64,000 nt of DNA from Chrysomallon squamiferum. Taxonomy: Eukaryota > Animalia > Mollusca. The stretch lies in the NCBI GenBank assembly GCA_012295275.1, contig CM022670.1, forward strand, positions 25,234,001 to 25,298,000, read 5' to 3'. Shown one piece after another: positions 47,313 through 63,000 of the stretch. Below the pieces are notes generated by a model. That model was not told the origin of the DNA, searched no databases, and worked only from the letters and a program-made list of their open reading frames with translations. Each line of letters opens with the position of its first letter. The first letter of the stretch is position 1. The position numbers and the translations under genes were made by a program.

Positions 47313-50300
47313 AGAAAAAAAGCAAACATATGCACTGCGTTGAATTGTATTTGAATTGTATATGGTTCGCCAGTGTGGGTAATAAACGGAAACAGAGGCG
47401 AGTTAATGCCAGCACTGACTGATTTAGAGTTATTTCAACTTGTGGTGAGTCAACTTCGCCCACTCGTAGTTAGTGAGTAACTTTTTAGTTTGAAACACAG
47501 GGCAATTAGTGTCGGCTTAACTTGTTTGCCTCACTACCACAAACACACGTTTTTCATACAATCTGATTTTTTTTTGATTTTTTTTTTTTTTTTTTTTTGA
47601 AGAATGAATCATGAAAGTGAGTAATTTAATGGAGTTTTGGGGGGGATCTTTAAAATCACGATTACACTCAACGCCCGTAACCCCCCCAAAACACACACAC
47701 AACAACAACAACAAAACAACAACAACACAACAAGAAACAACAACAAAAAGAGCGAATAAAGTCCACAAACAACAACAACAAAAAATCACTATACGTACGA
47801 ACGAACACTTAAGTTTAAAACTTTTGTTTCTAAATAGGTAAAATTTATTTACTTACTTACTTATATTTAGTGTTTTTCTCTAACTGCCCACCTAACTACC
47901 TTTTCTTGTTTGTCTATTTACTTTATCTTTTACTTTCATGATGTTGTTATTTTTTTTTTTATCTCTCTTCTAACATAAATAATATATTTCTGAAGCGTTC
48001 ATTATTTTAATGGTTCTATTTCATATTTATAAATCAATTTTGTCATTTTAATTTTTTGTTGTTTTTTTTGCGATGAAGAAATGTCAGCAGTGTAATAAAA
48101 GATTTTTTGTTGTTGTTTTTAGCTATGTTTTCAAAACTTAAATAATTTGTTCTGAATTTGTTTTTATTTTTTATTTAATTTTAATTTTATTTTAAAAACG
48201 TGTTTTAATATGTGAAAAAAAGAATTCTGAGTAAATTTTTTATTTGACAAAGTTATTTTACTCTGGCTTGCTAAGTCCGTGGAGAGTTTTAACAAATTTA
48301 AATAACTGATAATGTCTGCAGTATTTTATGACAGAGTTAATTTATAATACAATATTAATATTTATATCATGCTACTTTTAAGAACATTTACTACTTTTTC
48401 TTTTCTGAGCACTCACATAAGGGCCAAATCCAACATGTCAGAAAAGAGGGATCTATTAATGAAAAAATAAACAAAATAAATAATAAATAAACAATAAAAT
48501 GAGTTTTAATACGCAGAAAAGAAAGCAGGAGATACAACTTTCGCAAGTAAATGATTTACTTAATGTACATAATCGATGACCAGAAAATGGTAAGAAGGAG
48601 CTGCTGGAAGTGACAAGGCGCGATCCTGAAGACTGCTTACGTTAAATTCTACAATGAAAGACATACTTGAAATGTACTCCGTGTACACGTTTTGGACAAT
48701 AAACATTTCTTGACAGTTATCTTAGTCTGTTACAGCTTCAGCATTAACTCCAGCTGCGTCACGCCATTGCAGGTTTTTTTAGAATAAAAAAAAAGTCGAA
48801 GAAAAAAAATTCAACATGAGCGTTTTTTGTATTTTTTTCATGGATGTTCCAGGATCAAGACAAAAGTGTAAACAAAAATTCAGGTGTTTACGATGATTGC
48901 ACGGCTCGAGAAGAATAAAACTCTCAAGATGTATGGCTACTGGTTCTTTTGAAAGAAAAGTACTTTGAACTGCGACCAGCGCGTCCTACATTTACATTAA
49001 TAATCCCGAATAACAAACAATGGAGGTGTTTATTCTCGTCGGCCTTAACAAACTATGACAGGTGCAATTTTCGCTTAATGCTTCAACTTGTAAGTTAAAC
49101 TAGACAGAGATTAGTTCCAAAATTAAGACAATCAAGGAGAATTAATGTGGTTCACGACATTTTTATTTCAGTGGATAGAGGTTTTTAAACTGGTTTAATT
49201 TTGCAAGTGTCCAGCATCTGGCTGCTGGTATGTTTTCAGCAACTTATCAGATTAACCTGAGGTGCGATATGCGTCATCGTCAATCCTCATCGATAAAACA
49301 ATTAAACTATTTCCCGTTCTGACTAGTACTCCACAAATGGTTAGGCTGAGGTCATGTATTAATTCGCTATAGAAAGATACTGTGGAAGATCCAGTAGATG
49401 AATACAGATAAAAGTAGTATCGTATATCGTCATTATAAGCTAAAGACTAAATCTTCACTTACGACAGACACAGATTTTTTACTGCTTCATCGTGGGAGGC
49501 GTAATGAAACTAGGTGAACGCTTTTCTAAACAAACAAAACATTTCGAGTAAAAGGGATAGGCAATTGGTGTCACTCATATAATTTTAATCATATGTAAGT
49601 AAAATAACAAAACCAACTACTGTATAGACAACGATAAACGCATTTACCCAACAGTTAGTTAAATAGGTCACAGTAAAGTGTGATTTCTATTTTCTTATCT
49701 AAGATCGTACTAAGCGATTTTCAGTATGAATATTTTGCTACATGTCGTTAAAGAACATTCATAATCACCTTGTCGGATTTCCTTTCTAATTATTTAATTG
49801 TGCGATATCATTAGGTATGACGTCATATAATGTTGTATTAAAAGTGTTTAGTGCATCGTTAAATAAAACATTTCGTCTGTCTTTAGTAAGTGCACAGATG
49901 TAGAATCTGAAGGAAAATTGTTTTGTCTAGATGTTCTACGAGTTCATAGCAATGATTATGTTATAAAGTTATTTATTATTTTCGAAGGTTAGTAAGTGTA
50001 AAGAATAAATGAACGATAATATTTGAAAAGTGTTGTTTTTGTTATTTATGTCTTGTTTTGGATCGGATCTTGGCGATAGTTTTACTCTGTTAAAACCACT
50101 GGTATTAATAAAATCACTGAAATTAAACACATCTTCCATCATTAGTATTAGTATATCTCTGAACTCAATATGACAGGAATATTTTCAGTAATTTTGTACT
50201 CGTATTTACGATATAAATATAAATTAAGTAGACAACCTATGATGTTATCATCGCCAAGGTATGACAAACATTATTAACAGGAAAAAAATCAAAACAACTT

Positions 50301-51343
50301 TCGCGTCTCAGATGGTTTAATTGATATCATATAATTATTTATTTTGACACTCATCAAAACTATATACTTCATACATATACACTTAAAGACTTTTCAACAT
50401 AACACGATGTTGCATTGGTATGTAAACTCACACTAAAAACCAATAACAGAATCACTTTTCACCTTTCAAAAAAAACCATAATGAACGTGCAGAAAGAAAA
50501 CTATCAATCAAATTAATTAACTGATCGTGTTTACTTCGGTACAAATACTCAGCGATTTGTCTTTTCGTCAGGTAAAAGCTGTTCTTTCCTCGATTCGGAA
50601 AATAAATGAACAAACGTAGTACTAACAAGCTTCCTGAAAGCTGTTCAGAGCTGAACGCTGCTAAATAAACACACGTGCGGGCTGTGCTGTTGTTAGGAAA
50701 CAAACTTGTTTTATGAGTAATGTCCTTCATACAATTAACGCTTAATGTGTGAATCTTTTAAATTATTTTTTTAGTAAATCTGTTTCAGTTCTGCAGTCAC
50801 TGTTTTATATGAGTGCTAATATGTTTTATGTGTCTAATCAGCATAACAAGGTTAGATGAGAATATCATTTTGTGTAAATAATGTATTATGTCGTATTTTA
50901 TTGCCATGTGACATTTTAATGACATCAGTCATAATTAACACACTAAACAATCATTGGAAGAAATTCGGTAAAATTGTAGACATAAGGAATTAATAAATGT
51001 TGTTGTTAATTCAAAAGGAAGGAAAAGAAATACGCACAATTCCACACGCATACATACTCACATGTGCTCACACTTTTAAGTATACAATATGTTAAATATT
51101 ATCAAAAGATGGATACGCTTTGTCGTATTCATACACACGCGCACACACAAATGCACGCAAACACTTACGCACAGAAACAGACAGAGATAAAGAGATCGAT
51201 GTGAAAACAAGATGACGGAGTATTTGAATGTAAAGCAGTTCGATGAAAAAAACAAAATCCTGTTCATTAAGGTTATTAAATAATAGTTTTTTTGTTGTTG
51301 TTGTTGTTTATTTTTTATTTTTTATTTTTTTATTTATTTATTA

Positions 51344-51403
<60 letters not shown>

Positions 51404-52184
51404 ATTATTATTAACAAGCAGTATCTAAACAAAGCAACACTAATTTCTCTACGAAATTACAAAAACAAATTTAAATCAGTTCTCAATTTCCATGCAGCGT
51501 TTGGACTAATCGTTACAGAGAGTGCAAACAGAGAAGATGTATAATTTGTTAGTACAACGCTCTGCAACAACAGTTTGGGAATTACGGTTCAGCATGCAGC
51601 CTCGCCTTTGTTGAACATACCGTCTGTATTCATATTCCGTGACAAGTCAAAATCCAGGGCTAATTACCAAAAATGCTGTTCTTTATTGTTTTTCCGCCAC
51701 TTTTTCCACTAACAAGGCATAAATCATAGTCAGTAGCCAATATACAATAGCTTAAATATCGCTAGAACCCACAGACAGAAGCCGTAAAACCTTTGATCCT
51801 GGGGTGATTCGGAAGCAGATGTGCGTCAGAAGAATTTATTTTCCAATTCTAAACATTTTATTTAATGTGAAGATTATTGCTCGTATTTTTAACTGTGATA
51901 ATTTTATCTCTTCGTCTTTATTTTTCTTTATATCGTTCTTCGTTTCTCTTTTGCCAGGTTTTTTTGTTTTTGTTTTTCGAAAACTCCCAGTAAATTTTAT
52001 TAAGATGGCCCGAATTAAACTGCAGGTAGAGTGTCTTTACCAATTTATTGTGGCAACTGGCATTAGGCGATTTACACCCGGCTGACTTAAACAGTTTGTT
52101 ATCTCGAAATTGTAATTATTTATCATGTAAACTGATACATTAACTCATTTCCTTGGAGAGAAATACGCTGCTAAATACGCTTTA

Positions 52185-52450
52185 TAAATAAAATAATGTT
52201 TTACTGAGTAACGTAATTTACGTAATGTTTCTAAATGAAATATTTATTAAATAAAACAGCTCAATAAAGCAATATTTCTAAATAAAATATTTACTAAGTA
52301 AAAAAAACTATTTCTAAAGGAAATATTTGCTAAGAAAAAAAAAAAATAAGCACAAAGGTAATATTTACTAAATAAAATAACTAAACAAAATATTTACTAA
52401 GTTAAAAAACCACAACTGAGTAATGATCAATTATTCTAAACGAATAATTT
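52185..52450 (+). repeat. Degenerate AT-rich short tandem repeat (AATATTTACTAAATAA-like)
   Basis: Around ten variants of aatattt(a/c)ctaa at irregular spacing. Confidence 0.6.
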
Positions 52451-53141
52451 GCTGACTAAAGTATAGGTAACAGTTCTAATTTAGTCGACTCTGTATTACA
52501 GGCTTTCGGCTGAAATTATTTTAATCTTTCGGATATTGCCCGATCACTGCTTACTCTATCTTCATTACAGTTGGGACGTGTCACATTATTACAAGAGATA
52601 TGATCCGTGAGATTACATTTGACTGGACTGTAACCGACCAACGATTTCGTTACTAAATAAGGCTAAAAACTACTTTTATACAATCTTCATACACGATTAT
52701 CTCATGGCAAACATAGTTCCAACTGGATTTTTGACAGCCAAAATATACACCAGTAATTAATTATATATACACTGAGATATTATATTTAAGACAGACATAT
52801 AAAGACACAGGCAGATAAATATTATTGACTTTTTATGTCTACAACTATTAAAGCATATGAATCTACTTGTAAAGCGTTCTGTAGATATTTAGTCTTTAGA
52901 CACAAACATTCCGTGTGTTCAGAGGAACAGCCAGATTTCCGAGGAATGTTGTTTGACTTAGTTTCACAGAAATAACGGCGATCGTTGAAACCATTTGAAA
53001 CACAATGACTACTTTGAAAACAGGTTCATTGTGTTCGTGTAGATACGTTATTCATAAATATAAACAACTTTGATAATACGAGCCACATTGTATGATTTAG
53101 AATTATTTTCTTTTATGTTTCTGTGGAGTTGTCTTTTGTTT

Positions 53142-53260
<119 letters not shown>

Positions 53261-55539
53261 AAAGAAAAAATCATCAAAGATTTAAAAGCTCTTATAAATC
53301 ATGCGATATATACTTTCAGAGCATTAAATATTTATTTTCGGCAGACATTTATTTCCTTAATGTAAATCACTTTGAGCAGTACAGTCGAATGGTTATTGTT
53401 TTTTTATCAAGAAATGAAAGAGATTTCTTTCACACACCTGCATCGGGTAAACAACACTGACGTATAATTCTTCTTGTGAAGTGATAGCAAATTTACAGCA
53501 TTTTGTATTTGATGCTCCCCCTGTTTAATAGAACAAAATGAACACGAAGACAAGAAAGACACTTATAGACACTCTCTCCAACAAGTGTATCTTCTTTCTA
53601 TACGTATAAATAATTTACCAGCGAAGTATATTTTTCTTCGATATAAATACATCTGTTATCAATTTAGGTTTGTACTGAAATCTAAAGTCCATAATTTCTT
53701 GGAAAGATTTCAGTTAAATTGTAAGCATATTTTGAGAGAGCAATATCGAGAAAAAAGAAGGTCATTAAATTGTCCGTCACATATAGAAAATCTTAAATGG
53801 AAAACACCTGAACATTCATTTTTTTTTTTTTTTCTCTCTATTTATATATTAGCAGTAGAACATAGTGAGACACGTTTTCGATTATTTCCATTACTGTTTT
53901 TGATTTTTAAAATACGTTAATCATGGCGATGATGATGCTGATAATGATGATTGCAACAACGACATATGATGTTGATACTAGTAATAATGATAATCATAAT
54001 GAAGGAGGAATAAGAAACAACAACTTGGTATCAAACTGATTTTGGCAACATATTGCACAACAGTTTGTATTCATGATCGACTGAGAGTCTGGTGGGAGGC
54101 ATATTAAAAATAGGGAGAGGAAATCTAAATCGTAACAAAAACAAACACAACCAAAAAATCTTTATAACTTTACAAAAACATAAACCACTAACGAGTGCGT
54201 TGCCACCATTTAACGTATAATATCAATCTGATCAGATACTCATACACAAACTCTATTTGTCACAACAGTATTCTCTAATCAAAAATACATTTCATGTCTG
54301 TTTCAGATATAATCATTTCCTCTGTTATTAACAATAATAAAATGAAAAAGAAGATCACGTAAAAGAATAAAAGAAACCGATGAAATTCATAATGAAGAAG
54401 TAACGCTGACTGTTTTATGTCGAACTTTCTCTGCATAGTGCTAAAGTTCAGATAAGTTTTATTTTAAGACGAAAGAAAAAAAGAAGAAAAAAAACAGAAT
54501 TGTTTATGATTATGCAATCGACCGATCGATCCGCGGTGTCGAAAGCGGTCGTAAATAGTCCTGTACACCAAGTTCTCAACTTTGGTACTAACGGTGTCTG
54601 AAAACTTGCTGGACAGTTGTAAATCTAGTCTGTTTCGTTCCTACACTTTTAATTCCGACTACAAATGTATTCGATTTCAAAGGAGCCCAAACGTATCGAT
54701 CAGAAAAGAATTCATCAAACATATCAAAGACTGTTTCGAAAGTGTGCGCGACTGGGCGCTTGGTGCAAATCACAGACGACTACGTAACTTAAATGTTCTC
54801 ACATCTATAACTTCAGGGCACGTCTGGTAAAATTAAAGGATTCTACGTTTTAGATCAGTTGTTATCCAATTATTCCTCGTTGTGTGTGCACGTGAATCAA
54901 TATGTGGTGTATCATAAGTATAAATGTCATCGTGACATTTTTATAATCCTCAAAAGAGCTTAATTTTATCATTATTTGATAAGATTGTTTTATTTCCCTC
55001 CCACATTGCAGAAATAAATTTGATAATATCATTTTGAATGAGATTTTATTACTGACATTTGTTGAGTTTTTTAGTGTATTTTATTCTATTTATTATTATA
55101 TATATTTTTTTCATTTTATTTTATTTTGTTAACTTATTTATTTAAATATACATTTATTTCATTTATACAGTTAATTACCTCATCATTAATTTTGGGGGCT
55201 ATTTTTTTATAGTTTATCATGGAACCCGATTTCTGTTTTCTTTCTCTTTTTTCTTTCTTCTTTGTTTTTCTTCTGATTTTCAAATAACTGTTTATTTCTT
55301 TAAAATTCTCAAAAACAATTTATCGAAAGTAATGAGATATTTCTGCGTGGGCATATTTGAAAATTGTGTGTTTGGATATGTGCGCTGTTTTACTTTTGTG
55401 CTATTCGTTTGTTGAATCTGACAAAACATAAATATAAATATCGCAGTGACTTGTTGACTTGTATATAACTACTAATGCTTGATCAGAAACCCGTTATGAA
55501 AGTTCAGACTTTAACAGACTGATAGTAAGCGTATACTGA

Positions 55540-55800
55540 GTATGTTTGTATGTGCATATTAATATATGTGTATGTATGTATGTATGTATGCGTGTGTGTG
55601 TGTATATATATATATATGTGTGTGTGTATATATATGTGTGTGTGTGTATATATATATATATGTATATATATGTGTGTGTGTGTATATATATATATGCGTG
55701 TGTGTGTGTATATATACATATGTACGTATACATAAATACATGTATATGTGAATGTATGTAGGTATGTGTGTATATGTATATGTATATATGTTCATGTGTT

Positions 55801-55833
<33 letters not shown>

Positions 55834-55916
55834 CTACACACATATATATATATATGTATGTATGTATATCTGTGTGTATGTGTGTATGACCATGTATGTA
55901 TGTATATATGTGTGTA
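55540..55916 (+). repeat. Compound (TG)/(TA)/(TATG) low-complexity tract
   Basis: Direct observation. It produces many spurious ORFs. Confidence 0.94.
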
Positions 55917-57364
55917 TTCTAAAAGGTTCCTAAAAATTACTCGACACTCTGAATAACTCTTTAATTTTATTTATCTTTGTTTCTCTCTCCTTTTTTTTAA
56001 AATTTATTATTACATGTCTTAAAATGAATACTGATTTCCGTACACAAAAATCAAACTGTCGTATTCTTTTCTTCAGCTATATTTGAAATCATTAATGGAT
56101 TACAACAAATAAAACACGCGTAGGTTTTCATCCAATTTACCAGCTTTGTGACTCAGCATTGAATTATCGACCTTCCTGTGGACTTAAACTTTGAAGATTG
56201 CTAATGCATGGAATTAAAATATTTTTTTTTAATTTTCAATATAATTTTTTTTTTTCCCTTAATAATGTTTACTGACATGGATTGTCGACATGCTTCTCAG
56301 AATGTCAAATGGCTAAGAAAGCAAACGAAAATAGAATTCTAGAATCTAACGAGCAATTCAGGGCGTGGTCTAAGACGTATAATGTAGGTTATTGATTAAC
56401 TTCAGAATGCAGATTGTTTTTTGTTTTTTTTGTTGGTTTTTTTTTTTGGCTCATCATGTCCTCTGTGGGTCGTTTGAAGAGTCATTATAATAAAAGATGT
56501 TATCGTGTTTTAAATTTCCATGAAATACCGATATAACAGAAACAAACATCTTAACAGTAGTGTAACAGTATTCACCAGAACCGAAACAACAAGATACAGG
56601 AATTGTTTCTTTGTGAAATCTATTTCTGAAATGTAGCAAAAGAGATCATTTTCCTCAATAAAAAAAGGAAAACATTCTTTTCAACTATTATAAAAGTAGT
56701 ACAGACATTAATTCGCATTTCTGGAATAACTGGGTAACTGTACTTGAATTCACAGAATTTCTGGGCTATTTTCTATCTCAGATCGCCAGGCGTTTAGAAG
56801 TGTATTAAGTGGTCTGTCAAACAGGTATTTGTTACAGATCTTTTAGTGTGCTGTGTGTGCGTGTGTATTCTGTGCGGGAATAAAAAAAAAAAAATCATAT
56901 TTATTTCGATATTTGATACTTGGAGAGGGGTGGGCGGATGGCCTTGCCCGTTCATTTGAAAAAAAAAAAAAAAAAAAAAAAAAAGAGAGATAAAATAGAA
57001 AATAAAATAGTTCAAAATAGATCAGGCTGAATCAACAGTTTGCAGCTTAAGCCGAGTTTGCCTGCTGTGCTGTATTTAAACAGCAGAAAGATAGCTGAAC
57101 TGATTCTCATACAAAGTGTCAGTCTATTTGCAGGTTTCCATAGCCACTTACTGACAAAGATAACGAAACCCTGGAGACATGCAAAAGCATCCATACGGCA
57201 CCACGTGAATGTTTTTTCTGTAATAAATGATATTAAAGCAATATCTCCGGCTGTTCTGTATATATGTATAGATTATTTACAAAACCGATCATGTTTTTCA
57301 ATGGTTTCAAAACTCTTACTATTTAACGAAGGCACAGCTACTAGTTTCAGTATCATAACATATC

Positions 57365-57436
<72 letters not shown>

Positions 57437-57750
57437 TTTGTGTTTGTTTTATAATCTATGATGTGTTTCTCTTTTGTACTTTTCACAAAAATTACAACTC
57501 AGTCACCGTTCAGTAAATGAAAGACATTCTTAATCATGGATTACCTCCTTCAAAATCATGTATCTTCTTCTATAAAAATGTATTTTTTTATTTTATTTTT
57601 TTGGTATCACAACTCAATTTCTCTTTTATTTTTAATTTTTTGACAAATTAAATTACAAGACTATCAAAATTCAATAAATGAAGGAATCAGTGAAAGAAAA
57701 TTACGTTCGTTGAATGTAAAAATATTATCATAGCCCTGTTTCATCTTATA

Positions 57751-57791
<41 letters not shown>

Positions 57792-58192
57792 GGAAGAAAT
57801 AAATAAATATTTCATTTGTACTCTTAACAAACATATTAAATTACTATGATATCAAAATGTAATAACTGAGATAATCAATAAAAAAAAAAATAAAAAAAAA
57901 AAACTAGTTACTTGAAATAACAAGATTTGTTTAATATGTGTCTGATATTCGATGTGTGCTAATAAAAATGAGGTTTTATTATTCTGTAATCGATTTACAT
58001 TTTTCTTCTTTTTCAATTACTCCGAGTCTGATTTCGTCTATAAAAACACGAGCGAGCTTTGTTAAGATCTGAATTAAAGTGTTGCCTTTATTGTCCGCTC
58101 AGACACTGATGTACACAGAGAAAAAACAAGTTTTCTTTAACGACTGAGCTCAGTATTACGTGGTTACATTGTACGTTATTGTCTTACAGATA

Positions 58193-58420
58193 TCCAATTA
58201 TAACTTGCGGTATCATTTTATTTTCAATTATAATTTGTCTTCACATTTTATTTTCAATTATAATTTGTCTTCACATTTTATTTTCAATTATAATTTGTCC
58301 TCACATCTTATTTTCAATTATAATTTGTCTTCACATTTTATTTTCAATTATAATTTGGATTATCATTTTATTTTTTGTGATAATTTGTATTATCATTAAA
58401 ATGTTTATTTTCAGTTATAA
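58193..58420 (+). repeat. 30-bp minisatellite (TTTTCAATTATAATTTGTCTTCACATTTTA), about 7 copies
   Basis: Directly visible periodicity at 58200-58390. Confidence 0.93.
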
Positions 58421-59753
58421 TTTATATTGTCTTTTTATTTTATTTTATTTTATTTATATTTTATTTTATTTTATTACTTTTTATTTCATTTTATTTTATT
58501 TTATTTTATTTAGTTTTTTGTCACTGCAAATACTGGGGAAACTTTGTGGCTCAATGTGTACTTGAATGATTATTTTTGATAGACGCATGCGTCTGTGCGT
58601 GTGTGCGTGTGGGCGTCCCTGCGAGTGGTGTGTTTGGATACAATATTAACTGTGTACATGTGTGTATGTATGTGTGTGTGTGTGTGTGTGTGTGTTCGTG
58701 CGCGCGCGAAATACACGAGTTTTTCATTGTGGATGTGCCAGTGACCTAACTCACTTGCTGGCAATCTATAAGCTTTGCAACATAAACCAATTAATCAACA
58801 TCCCTATGTGTTTCTTCTTTCAAACTAAAACATTAATTTAAAGATATAAAAATTTAATGATATTTAAATATTAATCTCTTCACTGCAATATTAAATAAAA
58901 TATTTCCGTGAAACCGCTGCACGAACGATTAAATCTGACGAATGTTGACATCTTCCTTGAGAAACCAATAACAAATATAATGAAACAATCGTTTAATAGT
59001 ACTTTTATATGTTTTAGAAAATGACTGTTTGTGGCTACATTCACTTAATGGTCATAGCATTTCTAATAAAAATGTATCGTACTAGAAATAACGAATATGT
59101 ATATATTTTAATATCATTTGAAGAAAGCTTCAAAGTTTAAGTTTTATGTTAAGTTTATCTGGTGTTTCATGTTGAACTGGTTTTATGTGTGCATCATAGA
59201 GAAAAAATATCTGCTTTTTTATCTTCTGATCAATGAAATGTTTTTATGAGAAAAAGATAAACATTTGTATGTTATTTAATATAGCTATTTATAGGATATA
59301 CATGATGTGAACATGTTTAAAGGCTGAAAATATGATTTACTGTTATTTTTCATGTCTTCTTGCTCACTATATGTGTGTGTATATATATATATATATATGT
59401 AGAAGAAGAAAAATTAGCGAAAAATTATTAAACAAAGCTCTGCTTATTGTTGACAGGAATATTAATGATACCACAGAACAACAATATCAACAAACAGCAG
59501 CAATAACAAACAAGAATAATTAAAAGTAAAACACAATAACAAAAAAAAAAAAAAAAACATGAACTGTTTTGCAAAGCCCAAAAACAAACTGATGATTAAC
59601 CTGATTAGTAGATATCTGGCTCAGGGTATTGTAAGTCTCGAGATGAATACTACTCACAGTGTCACAAGTGTTCCATTGCAACACGAGTGCAGTAATTGGT
59701 TTATGATGCTTTTATCGGGTTAATTGTTAAAATATTTATTATGTATTACTTAA

Positions 59754-60052
<299 letters not shown>

Positions 60053-63000
60053 TATCTTTAGAACATCATTTACAGAAGAACCACAGGATGTCCTTTTATT
60101 TTATTTTTAATCATGGATTCCAACCGATATGCTAATATTTATCAACTTTGTTTAAGATAGTTAAGTATACAAAGCAAATGTCTGGTGACCTTTGAAAAGG
60201 CTTCTGAAATAACTCTGCAAATAGGTTAAAGAGCGATACGTCTCGTTTTCTGCGTTCGTTAGAACATCACGATGTCTTTTCCCTTCTGCATTAAATTTTC
60301 TAAAAAAAAAACGTTTTGCATCTGAAGCTATTCGCCTGCAGTGACTTGATCATTTGCCACTTGTCTGTATTCATTCGTTCCTTCGTTGATTAGTTCTTTC
60401 ACTACTTCATTGATCATTCTTTCATCTGATTATTATTTAATATAAGAAAGTTCAGCTGAAGCGGTGTAAAGATTTATGCATCAGATAGTTATTGTGTTTA
60501 TTAAAAAAAGAACTGCACAGTCAGTTTGCTGCCAGAAAAAAAGCACTGTCTGTCTGCACACATCACATTATAAGTATTTGAGGAACAGCTGTCATTCTGA
60601 TAACTACATTTATATTGCCGTACTTTTAGCTGAAAATATCTGTGTTGTCAAACCTAGTCTTACATCTGTTCTTCCTTTCACCACTAGCAGATTATTTATA
60701 AGCATTGTTTCGTAGTCTGTTCTCGTACGTTATAACGGTAATCTCATTCTGCGGTACTGTGTGTAATATGTGTGGTTTGCAGGAAGAAGGTAAATAAATT
60801 AGGGATACTACCAAGTGTTTGTTTGGTTTGTAAAACTAACCTTTTTTAATAATAAAGTATAAAAAAATCCGTTTTTTTTGTTTTTTTTTATATATATATC
60901 CAAGTAATTGTTTTATGAATTATATCGTTGTCAATTAGACAGACTGACAATAGATTAAATATATATTTTAACTAATAATATGGCTTATATCCATATAACT
61001 GTTTTGTTTCATTTTACTACACCTTGATTTTTGCTATCAAATTAAATGATATTTCGTAAAATAAAAGGTAAACATCGTAGGTAATTATATCAAAGTGTTT
61101 TTTGTGTTTTTTTTAGTTGTTTTTATCGGCCGGTATATCTTCATAAATAAACAATAACAATAGACTAAATACGTTTCTTTGCGGACACAATACAAGCAAA
61201 ATACAATTGCTGTCAATCAAAAATCATTGTTTTGTTGGGTTTTAAGTCTGACCTTTACTAAAATTAAAGTATAGCAAGACTAATTAAATATTTGTATAAT
61301 ATAAAGCTATGAATATATTCATATAGTATTACACAAAATACCCAGAGGAAGAGAATGTGCAATGTTGTCGTCTCCCCATCTTTGTTTACTTCATTTCGAA
61401 CATACGAATTAAATAAAGGAAAGACTGAATTAGTGAGCCAGTCAGTCTATCAATTCTATTACACAAACCACTAATGTTTTTAATAATTTGATTTTTATAT
61501 GAATATACTCTAAATACACTCTAAATTAATGTTAGCTTTAGACAAACAATATTTTAGATTTGTACAACGTGTGTAATAAAGATTACATATTTAGATAGAA
61601 ATCGATTTACAATTTACAAGATGAAGTTATTTCTATAGAAACAGGAACACTGTTGTGTTATGTTATATTATGTAAGATTAAGATATGTTATGATTATAAT
61701 ATGTTACACTTTACGTTACATTATGCTTTTCTAAACAACGTTATAGTATATTAAATATACTCCTAATCGCAGTTACTTGTAATATTACACATTTTCAGTT
61801 TAACTGACATATTAATTCTTTCTTTCCTAAAAAAAAAAACCCAAACACTTCGGAACCTCAGAGACTTTCAAAGCCTTGATACTGAAATATTATGTAAAAT
61901 CAATTACCATGTATTATGTTGTATCGTTGATTTGATTTGTTTTTTTTAACAGTATTCAGCCAAATGAAAAATTACGTAAATGTTACAACAGCAGAATATA
62001 ATTATCTTGCGAAAGTATCAGTAAGGACGTGAAATCGTGCTAACGCCACGGTTTTCACGTCACGATAGACACTTCTCCTTGCACCGTAAGCTCCCTCTTG
62101 TTATTCGAGAAAAACAATCAGCGAACGGGTCAGAAATAGAAAACAAAAATCAAAGTGTACTGGAATATGCAGTAACAAGAGATTTAGCTTGTTTGTGGGA
62201 GATTTTTCAATCAAGAAAATTATTAACTGTTTTGTTATTCTGTCAGAAAAAAAAAAAAAAAAAATTCATTTTCCACGCTGCTCGACATGTGCTTTTATTT
62301 AAAGTAATGGGGGAGGGGAATACGCGAGAAATGTTTAATACACTCCAGTACTTAAAACTAAGGTCGTCGTGTTTAAGAGATTGCGTGAGATTGTGTGAAG
62401 AAAAACGAAGATTTCTTCTTCGTTTTTTTTTTTTTTTTTTTTTTTTTCACAATTTTATTTTTCCATTTAGAAATGAACCACTTGGTACTTTAGCTGGTCA
62501 TTTTTATAAATTTTATTTAAAAGGAATTGCATGTAACTGTTAGAGGATTGTAAAATAAAATGTACTTTGTTTTTGTTTCTTTAAGAGACGATCTCAGTAT
62601 GCAATATATTTAAACGATTTATTATAAGTGACTGAATAGCACGTTGTGATATCTAAACATTTAAAAATGTTGCACTGTATGAAGGCACCTTTATGGGATG
62701 CTTTTTTTCTTCTTCGTCTTCTTTTTTTATTTTTATTTTTTAAATTTGAACACTGTATTTAACATTTTTCATCAGTAACATTGCCTTCATGTTTACTCTG
62801 CTATTGAGAAGTTATATATTGTTTCCATTTCCGTCATACGCTATTGATAAGATCAGCAACCTTCGTGATTACGTATTCAGACAGTGAGACACAATTACGT
62901 TCATTTCAAACTATCAAATGGAAAACAGTTGAAAACATGGGACACAGTCAGAAATGAACATATACAGCGTTTCTCATACTGAAGATTCCATATTTAGTGA

